From a virus: DNA of 64,000 nucleotides. The DNA is taken from the IMG/VR virus record IMGVR_UViG_3300008267_000014, positions 23,777 to 87,776 of that record; one strand, given 5' to 3'. Below are positions 58,063 to 64,000 of the stretch, in pieces. Position 1 is the stretch's first letter; the number at the start of each line of letters is the position of its first letter. The notes under the pieces were generated by a model. The model searched no databases and had not been told where the DNA came from. It saw only the letters and a program-made list of their open reading frames with translations. The position numbers were made by a program, and so were the translations under genes.

Positions 58063-59391
58063 ATGGAAAAAAAATATAAAAATGTAAAAAGTTTAGTTAA
58101 TAAAGCATTAACTGAGACTTTAGAAGAAAGAACCAATCATATTTTAAATAAACTTATCCAAAATCCTGGTGATTTTATTGAAGTTGATGACGATGGTGAT
58201 GATTATGGTGATGATGAAATCGAAGAAATTAACGAATATGGTGAAGAGTGTAATGAATGTGGTGATAAAATGATGTATGAGTTTGAAGAAGAAGATTTAA
58301 ATCCTGAAAATGAATTTGATTATACTATGGAAGAAGTTTCTGATAGTGGTACAAATGTTGAAGGTTGTAAAAATGTTGAAGCGGTTATCAAATCTAAAGG
58401 TGGCGATGCTGACGAATTAGATTTAGAATTACTTGACAGATACAATTGTAAAAGTTTAAATGAATCGTTAAAAGGTGGTCAAAAAAAATTGGACAAAAAT
58501 AAAGATGGTAAGATATCAGGTAAGGATTTTGAAATCATGAGAAAAGAAAAAAATGTTTGTCCTGAATGTGGTATGAAAAATTGTGAATGTGACCATAAAA
58601 AATCGGAAACTAAAGAATCTGATGAAAAATTCATACAAAGGGCTTCTAAATCTATGGAGAAAAAAGGTACTAAAGGTAAGTTTGGTAAAAATATTAAAGG
58701 TTATAAAGGTGCTGAACATAAGGAATCTGTTAAATTAACTGAATCGGAATTAATTGATTTAATTGAATCTATCGTTAAAGAAGAAAAATTACAAAACATT
58801 GGTGGTAAACCAAAAGGGTTGGCTGCTTATGAAAAGGCACATAAAGGTTCAGGTGATGAAAATGAAAAAAACATTAAATCTGTTACTAAAAAAATGAGTG
58901 ATTATTTGAAGGACGGTTCTAAAGGTGATTATTCAATGAATCCTAAAATGTTCCCTAAAGGAAACGGTGAGTTAGAAAAGATGTCTACTAAAGCTTATAG
59001 AATGTCAGAAAAAGGAAAAGAATTTATTGATGATTTTATGAGACCTGGTATGGAAAATCTTGATTATGATGAGATTCATCCTAATGAAGAATGGGTATCA
59101 GATAATATCGAAGGTTCATCTAAAACAGGTAATAATCCAAAATGGGCTAACGCTGAAGAAACTGAATTAGGTGAAAAAATAAATAAGAAACGTAAAGAAA
59201 ATAAGTTAGCTAAAGCTAAACGAATGGCTTATAATAAATCGGCACAACCTGTTGTTACTGATAAAGTAGGTGATGAGGATGGTAAAGGTGTTGATATAAA
59301 ACTTGAGTCTGTTAAGAAAGAAGAAAAAGTTTTAAATGAAGAATTTAATAAAATTCAACGTTTAATGAACTACAATAGAAAAACACAATAA
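58063..59391 (+). CDS. Charged putative internal head protein with an EF-hand-like loop
   Basis: LDKNKDGKISGKDF; VKLTESELIDLIESIVKE; several L-x-E sites; TATTTAT upstream. Confidence 0.55.
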   Translation: MEKKYKNVKSLVNKALTETLEERTNHILNKLIQNPGDFIEVDDDGDDYGDDEIEEINEYGEECNECGDKMMYEFEEEDLNPENEFDYTMEEVSDSGTNVEGCKNVEAVIKSKGGDADELDLELLDRYNCKSLNESLKGGQKKLDKNKDGKISGKDFEIMRKEKNVCPECGMKNCECDHKKSETKESDEKFIQRASKSMEKKGTKGKFGKNIKGYKGAEHKESVKLTESELIDLIESIVKEEKLQNIGGKPKGLAAYEKAHKGSGDENEKNIKSVTKKMSDYLKDGSKGDYSMNPKMFPKGNGELEKMSTKAYRMSEKGKEFIDDFMRPGMENLDYDEIHPNEEWVSDNIEGSSKTGNNPKWANAEETELGEKINKKRKENKLAKAKRMAYNKSAQPVVTDKVGDEDGKGVDIKLESVKKEEKVLNEEFNKIQRLMNYNRKTQ

Positions 59392-59420
59392 TTTACTTTA
59401 TTTAAAAAGAATCATATAAT
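59392..59420 (+). promoter_or_regulatory. Putative early/middle promoter
   Basis: TTTACT-N17-TATAAT. Confidence 0.5.
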
Positions 59421-59438
59421 TCTCCATAGACACTATCT

Positions 59439-59906
59439 ATGGAGAATTTTTTTAATTATATAACAAAACCATTGTCACCCGAAGATGTTGACGTTTGGTT
59501 TAGAAGTAATAATATTATTACTGAAAAATTAACGTTATTTTATGATTTCTCATATTCATTGAATATGTTAATATTAAAAACGTATTTAGGTGAAACAACC
59601 ACGTCTAACGTAACCAAAATCCAATTAACCGATAATGATAATGATAAACATTTTGAATGGTGTTGGAATAAAACAATCGATAATTTTAAAAAGGAAAATA
59701 TAACCTTTAATTACAAAGGAGAACATTACGAGTACTTTAAATCCTTTTTTGATGAAACTTTCTATAAACAGAAAGAAGACGATATTAGGTATTCCATCAA
59801 AGAATTTTTAGATGATTTATTTAACACTAAAAAACCTTTTACTAAATCTGATTTAGATATGGTTTCATCGATTTATAAAGTGTTGGAGAAAAATATGGAC
59901 GAATAA
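59439..59906 (+). CDS. Hypothetical protein (155 aa)
   Basis: Clean ORF; TYLG and HFEWCWNK..NF.KE.I motifs. Confidence 0.65.
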   Translation: MENFFNYITKPLSPEDVDVWFRSNNIITEKLTLFYDFSYSLNMLILKTYLGETTTSNVTKIQLTDNDNDKHFEWCWNKTIDNFKKENITFNYKGEHYEYFKSFFDETFYKQKEDDIRYSIKEFLDDLFNTKKPFTKSDLDMVSSIYKVLEKNMDE

Positions 59907-59983
59907 AATTAAATGATTGTATTTACATTGGAATTAAAAAAATTAACTTATATAGTGTAATAAATAATAAAACAATAAAATAA

Positions 59984-60166
59984 ATGGAAACATTAGAACA
60001 AATCAAAACATTGACTGAAGAATTATCTGTTGATACTTTAAAGTTTTTTAAAGGTAATAAAAGTGCCGGTACTAGAGCTAGACAGTCAGCTCAACAATTA
60101 AAGGCGTTATTACAACAACTTAGATTAGAAATTCTTGACGAAAGAAAAAAAGAAGAAACTGAATAA
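59984..60166 (+). CDS. Histone H1-like Hc1-family small protein
   Basis: KF.KGNKSAGTRAR.....LK.L...LR.EI signature. Confidence 0.85.
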   Translation: METLEQIKTLTEELSVDTLKFFKGNKSAGTRARQSAQQLKALLQQLRLEILDERKKEETE

Positions 60167-60354
60167 TGAATAATATTGATACAATATATCTTTTTTTATT
60201 TATATTATCAGTTCTAACTGTTATTAGAACAGTTTTTAGAATAATTAGTTCCCTACTAGATAAAGAACCCCAAAGGTTGTATTTTAGTAGTAGGGAACTT
60301 TTATTGATTGGAATATCAATATCGTACATTTTAACATTTTTAATAAAACACTAA
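60166..60354 (+). CDS. Small two-TM membrane protein
   Basis: Two hydrophobic segments; TAATG coupling. Confidence 0.65.
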   Translation: MNNIDTIYLFLFILSVLTVIRTVFRIISSLLDKEPQRLYFSSRELLLIGISISYILTFLIKH

Positions 60355-60356
60355 TT

Positions 60357-60788
60357 ATGAGCTTATATAAAGAATTTTCAACGTTATTACCTTATTTACA
60401 ATCAATAAGAAAACTTAAAAACTATCTTAGTTTTGATGTTAGTATTCCTGTTAGTTGGAAGCTACCTAAAAAATACGTTGATGAAGAAAAAGTTATGGAA
60501 CAACAATCAAAAGTAACTACTGAAAGGTTAATCTCGTTTGTTTCTGAAATTAATGAAGATGCTGTTGAAAAAACAAGTAATGATATTTTAAGTATCATTA
60601 AATATAATTTGGACAGGGAAGAAAAAGAAAAATTATTTCAGGATAAAGTTAGTGAATTAAAAGTTATTTTTGAAAAACAAACATTGAGAAAGTTAAAAAC
60701 TTTGTCATTTGAAATAAAGAATGAAAAAATCGAATTAGAAGATGGAGAAGAAGAACTTAGACCTTCAACTGAAATGGTTGGAGAGTGA
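60357..60788 (+). CDS. Hypothetical protein
   Basis: Clean ORF in the operon. Confidence 0.65.
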   Translation: MSLYKEFSTLLPYLQSIRKLKNYLSFDVSIPVSWKLPKKYVDEEKVMEQQSKVTTERLISFVSEINEDAVEKTSNDILSIIKYNLDREEKEKLFQDKVSELKVIFEKQTLRKLKTLSFEIKNEKIELEDGEEELRPSTEMVGE

Positions 60789-60933
60789 AAAACAAAAAGA
60801 TTTAACCGAATTAAATAACGATAAATTAAAAATAATTAATGAAATTAAATCGGTTAATAAAGAACTAATTATACCAAAAAAAGAAGAGAAATTAAGTGTA
60901 TGGAAAAAAATCACAAGAGTATTGATGGGATAA
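60742..60933 (+). CDS. Hypothetical protein (63 aa)
   Basis: Overlaps both neighbours; amphipathic C-terminus LSVWKKITRVLMG. Confidence 0.55.
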   Translation: MEKKNLDLQLKWLESEKQKDLTELNNDKLKIINEIKSVNKELIIPKKEEKLSVWKKITRVLMG

Positions 60934-61163
60934 TCGAAAAACTAGCGTTAATAGTTGAAGCTAGTGAGAATTTATTCCCTGATGGAAAGATGGCGGTTGT
61001 TTTTCAGTTGAATGATGAAGACTTCAAAAAAGTACAAAAAAATTTTAGAGATATAGATAAGAGTCATACTAAATTCAAAATAGACATATCCGGTACTGAA
61101 TTCATTTTTTTACAGGAAACGTCGTTGAATGACGAAAAAGATAAGATTTTGGATAACCATTAA
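60900..61163 (+). CDS. Hypothetical protein (87 aa)
   Basis: Typical composition; convergent overlap with the next gene. Confidence 0.55.
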   Translation: MEKNHKSIDGIIEKLALIVEASENLFPDGKMAVVFQLNDEDFKKVQKNFRDIDKSHTKFKIDISGTEFIFLQETSLNDEKDKILDNH

Positions 61164-61749
61164 TAGATAATAAATGATATAATGATTTTCTTTGAGCTGT
61201 CGATATATCTTTAACAAACATACAATCAGTTCTTTTTTGAGAAATAAACAAATTGGTTAAACTATCTAAAAATCGGTATGAATCATTTTCTGTTTTAAAT
61301 GTAAATAAATTAATATTATCATCGTTTTGAAGTATGATTTTATTATTTAAACTTGATAACATTTTTAACCCCGGTTTAGATAAATAATTTAAGATAAACT
61401 CATTTGAGTTTATCTTTTTTTTTGTGGTATAATCAACAAAAAATTCATCTATTTTGTATGATGATAATTTTTTAACATTAAAGCCATCGAAATCCAAATC
61501 TACTTTAAGTTGACGACCAAATTCGTCTTTAGTATAATAACGTTCACTATTAGAATTAGTTCGTTCTATTAATAATAACTCATAATCGGATTCTGAACCA
61601 TTTTCAAATCGTTTTTCGAAAATAACATTATTACTTTCATTAACTAATGATTGATAAAATTCATCAGCATTTTTTAATGTCTTAAATTTATTGATTATTT
61701 TCTTTTTTACTTTATTCTTAAATAAAACTACTATATAGTTATAATCCAT
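61102..61749 (-). CDS. Hypothetical protein (215 aa)
   Basis: Long minus-strand ORF with no competing plus-strand ORF over most of its length. Confidence 0.7.
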   Translation of the reverse strand: MDYNYIVVLFKNKVKKKIINKFKTLKNADEFYQSLVNESNNVIFEKRFENGSESDYELLLIERTNSNSERYYTKDEFGRQLKVDLDFDGFNVKKLSSYKIDEFFVDYTTKKKINSNEFILNYLSKPGLKMLSSLNNKIILQNDDNINLFTFKTENDSYRFLDSLTNLFISQKRTDCMFVKDISTAQRKSLYHLLSINGYPKSYLFRHSTTFPVKK

Positions 61750-61782
61750 AATTAATAATTAATTTTAAATAAATATAAGTAA

Positions 61783-62700
61783 ATGAATACTGAAGATTAT
61801 TACAAGGTATTGGGTGTTGAAGAAAATTCCACACAAGATGAAATAAAGAAGGCGTATCGTAAACTAGCCGTTCAGTATCATCCTGATAAAGGAGGTTCTG
61901 AAGATAAATTTAAAGAAATATCTGAAGCCTATGATACATTAGGTGATGAAGAGAAAAGAAATAAGTATGATAATCAAAGGCGAAACCCATTCGGAAATTT
62001 TGGTGGGGGTGGTTTTAACCCTTTTGATGATTTCTTTAGTGGTATTAGAAATGAGACTGCTAGACGAGGTGTCCCTGATAAAGTGATAGATGTTGATATA
62101 ACTGTTACTGAATCGTATAATGGTAGTGAGAAGACCGTTACCTACCAACAAAAACATATGTGTGTTCCATGTAATGGTCAAGGTGGTGAAAAAAACACAT
62201 GTAATGCTTGTCATGGCCATGGTGTTATAACCCAACAAATAGGTACTGGTTTATTTGTTCAAATTTTAAGAACAACATGTAATCAATGTAATGGTAAAGG
62301 GTTTAAATATACTAAAGTATGTAATTCTTGTAATGGTAATACAACCCAAAGTAAAAACGAAACTATTACATTTAAATTACCTCACGGTATTGATGAAGGA
62401 CAGTTTTTAAAGATTCAAGGTAAAGGGGATTATTCTAACGGTATGTATGGTAATTTAGTTATACGTGTTAGATTAAATAACAGTGATGATTTTGAAAAAT
62501 ATAATGACGATTTAATATATAATTATTATTTTGACTTAGAAGGTCTTAATAAAGAATTTATCGAAATCCCACACCCTAAAGGGAAAATCTCGGTTAAAAT
62601 GCCAAATGAATTTGATACTACAAAACCATTAAGAGTAAAATCGAAAGGGTTTAATATGGGTGATTTGTTTGTTAAATTACATGTAAAATTCACACGTTAG
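61783..62700 (+). CDS. dnaJ: DnaJ co-chaperone, type I
   Basis: DYYKVLGV...[15 protein letters not shown]-domain; G/F region; four CxxCxGxx repeats; C-terminal domain. Confidence 0.95.
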   Translation: MNTEDYYKVLGVEENSTQDEIKKAYRKLAVQYHPDKGGSEDKFKEISEAYDTLGDEEKRNKYDNQRRNPFGNFGGGGFNPFDDFFSGIRNETARRGVPDKVIDVDITVTESYNGSEKTVTYQQKHMCVPCNGQGGEKNTCNACHGHGVITQQIGTGLFVQILRTTCNQCNGKGFKYTKVCNSCNGNTTQSKNETITFKLPHGIDEGQFLKIQGKGDYSNGMYGNLVIRVRLNNSDDFEKYNDDLIYNYYFDLEGLNKEFIEIPHPKGKISVKMPNEFDTTKPLRVKSKGFNMGDLFVKLHVKFTR

Positions 62701-62722
62701 TTAACGTGTGAATAATGTAATT
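62675..62722. terminator. Hairpin formed by the 3' ends of two convergent genes
   Basis: ATTCACACGTTA (62688-99), GT, TAACGTGTGAAT (62702-13); extended by AATTACAT/ATGTAATT. Confidence 0.6.
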
Positions 62723-62889
62723 AAGTTATTAAATAATTTAACTGTTCCATACATAGAACTGGCTAATATGTAAACACTAATCGTAATCATAAGAATATGT
62801 TTAGAATTTAATCCTTTTTTTGATTTACATGAATTACATGGTTTACTAGGGGTTTCATTTATTATTTCTGCAAATTCGATATTTTCCAT
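62701..62889 (-). CDS. Small protein with CxxC and one TM helix
   Basis: KPCNSCKSKK followed by a hydrophobic segment. Confidence 0.6.
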   Translation of the reverse strand: MENIEFAEIINETPSKPCNSCKSKKGLNSKHILMITISVYILASSMYGTVKLFNNLITLFTR

Positions 62890-62988
62890 AATTTATTTAT
62901 ATATTTGTTATTATGAATTATAATAAACTTTCAGGTATAAAGAAATTGATTAATTGATAAATTATGGTTATTTTTAAAAAAAAAGATT

Positions 62989-63135
62989 ATGAATAAAGAA
63001 GAATTAATTTTGGAAATATACGAGTTATCTAAAATCCATCATAATGATATGGATTTTGGTAGAGAAATAAGAAAAATGTTAGTTTTATTGGAGAATGAAA
63101 CTAATGATATAAAAAATAATGTAAAAAAAATATAA
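62989..63135 (+). CDS. 48-aa hypothetical protein (not in the ORF track)
   Basis: MNKEELILEIYELSKIHHNDMDFGREIRKMLVLLENETNDIKNNVKKI; preceded by TTGATT (62946)-N17-TATTTT; stops 4 nt before the methylase ATG. Confidence 0.6.
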   Translation: MNKEELILEIYELSKIHHNDMDFGREIRKMLVLLENETNDIKNNVKKI

Positions 63136-63139
63136 AAAT

Positions 63140-63979
63140 ATGTTAAGTTGGATTGGTGGTAAATCAAAAATTGGTAAATGGTTAGTGGAATATTATCCTG
63201 AAGATATGGAAATATATACAGAACCTTTTGGAGGTATGATGTGGTGTTACTTTAATATGGATTTGAGTAAGTACCCTAATTTAAAAAAAATAGTTTATAA
63301 TGATTTCAACCCGTTAAACTATAATTTATTCAAATGTTTACAAAATCCTAATGAATTATTATTAGCTATTAATTCAATTGAATGTCAACAATTAGGGGTT
63401 GAAAATACACCCCAACATTTAAAAGAACAATTTAAAAAATTTCAGACTGAAATTTTTAATGAAGGTTTTATTATTAAAGATTGTGATTATGAAGTCGCGG
63501 CTAAATATGTGTATGTTGTAACTCAAGTATTTAGTGGTTCTAAACCTGAAACGAGTTCGTATATTGACCTTAAAGGGAAATATAAATCAAAATATTTAAC
63601 ATTTAGAGACAAGCTACTAAAACCAAATTGGATTGAGTATTTTTTAAAAATAACCCATGTTGAAAATTTAGATTTTGAAGACCTTATTAAAAAATATGAT
63701 TCTGATAAAACATTTCATTATGTCGATGCCCCTTACTGGAAAACTGAAAATTATTATTCTAATCACGATTTTGATAGGACTGACCATGAAAGATTAGCTA
63801 ATGTTTTAAAGACGGTTAATGGTAAATTTGGAATGTCTTATTATGATTTTCCTTTATTATCCGAATGGTTTCCAAATGATGTATATAAATGGGAGAAAAA
63901 AGAGTTTGCTAAGGCGGCTGCTGCTAAAAAAGGTAAACCTCAAACTATGGGTGAGGAATTATTAATTATGAATTATTAA
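63140..63979 (+). CDS. D12-class (Dam-family) DNA adenine methyltransferase
   Basis: WIGGKS; EPFGG; NDFN; ENLDF; motif IV reads YVDAPY; SY.D; EELLIMNY end. Confidence 0.9.
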   Translation: MLSWIGGKSKIGKWLVEYYPEDMEIYTEPFGGMMWCYFNMDLSKYPNLKKIVYNDFNPLNYNLFKCLQNPNELLLAINSIECQQLGVENTPQHLKEQFKKFQTEIFNEGFIIKDCDYEVAAKYVYVVTQVFSGSKPETSSYIDLKGKYKSKYLTFRDKLLKPNWIEYFLKITHVENLDFEDLIKKYDSDKTFHYVDAPYWKTENYYSNHDFDRTDHERLANVLKTVNGKFGMSYYDFPLLSEWFPNDVYKWEKKEFAKAAAAKKGKPQTMGEELLIMNY

Positions 63980-64000
63980 TTTTTTTTAATTTTAATATAT

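Noticed and set aside
3998-62238. Other short embedded ORFs (3998, 6332, 14795, 25949, 26926, 31826, 36560, 48191, 49342, 50642, 51641, 52349, 55274, 56387, 57624, 58516, 60120, 61939)
   Set aside because: Nested in well-supported genes on another frame or strand, with no motifs of their own.
1-64000. Stop-codon reassignment
   Set aside because: Coding density is near complete in the standard code, and TAA, TGA (5252, 46872) and TAG (39951, 62700) all end genes at sensible positions.
1-64000. tRNA, rRNA or large ncRNA genes
   Set aside because: After adding the small ORFs, intergenic gaps are about 100 nt or less, extremely AT-rich, and show no cloverleaf.

Overview
AT-rich, gene-dense 64-kb segment of a large tailed-phage genome (myovirus-like, probably jumbo) in the standard genetic code. 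Several independent cues point to a Bacteroidota host: perfect TTTG-N19/20-TAnnTTTG promoters, a short Bacteroidota-like sigma70, SprB-type repeats, Hc1-like and DUF6576-like domains, and no obvious Shine-Dalgarno sequences. Layout: (1) class Ia ribonucleotide reductase nrdB (partial) and nrdA, 1-2863. (2) A ~43-kb virion module, 2950-45887: gp25- and gp6-like baseplate genes, large structural proteins, SprB-repeat proteins, two Cys-rich SHAEG beta-roll adhesins, a GNVGIGT fibre, Thr/Pro mucin-like proteins and a DUF285/BspA-repeat protein. An antisense GT9-like glycosyltransferase plus FkbM methyltransferase pair sits among the fibre genes, and a RuvC-like resolvase ends the minus-strand block. 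(3) Primase, PD-(D/E)XK nuclease, Mre11 and Rad50 with an apparently shifted domain boundary, and the sigma factor. (4) A putative lysis cluster, head-associated proteins, Hc1, DnaJ and a Dam-family methylase. The best candidate for an undescribed system is virion glycosylation: a recurring [S/T]-[G/A]-x-T motif in peripheral virion proteins, mucin-like stalks and the embedded glycosyltransferase/methyltransferase. Other notable signals are an apparent absence of GATC, two promoter classes, promoter-flanked gene insertion and fibre-module duplication. All family assignments come from motif recognition by eye; no searches were run.
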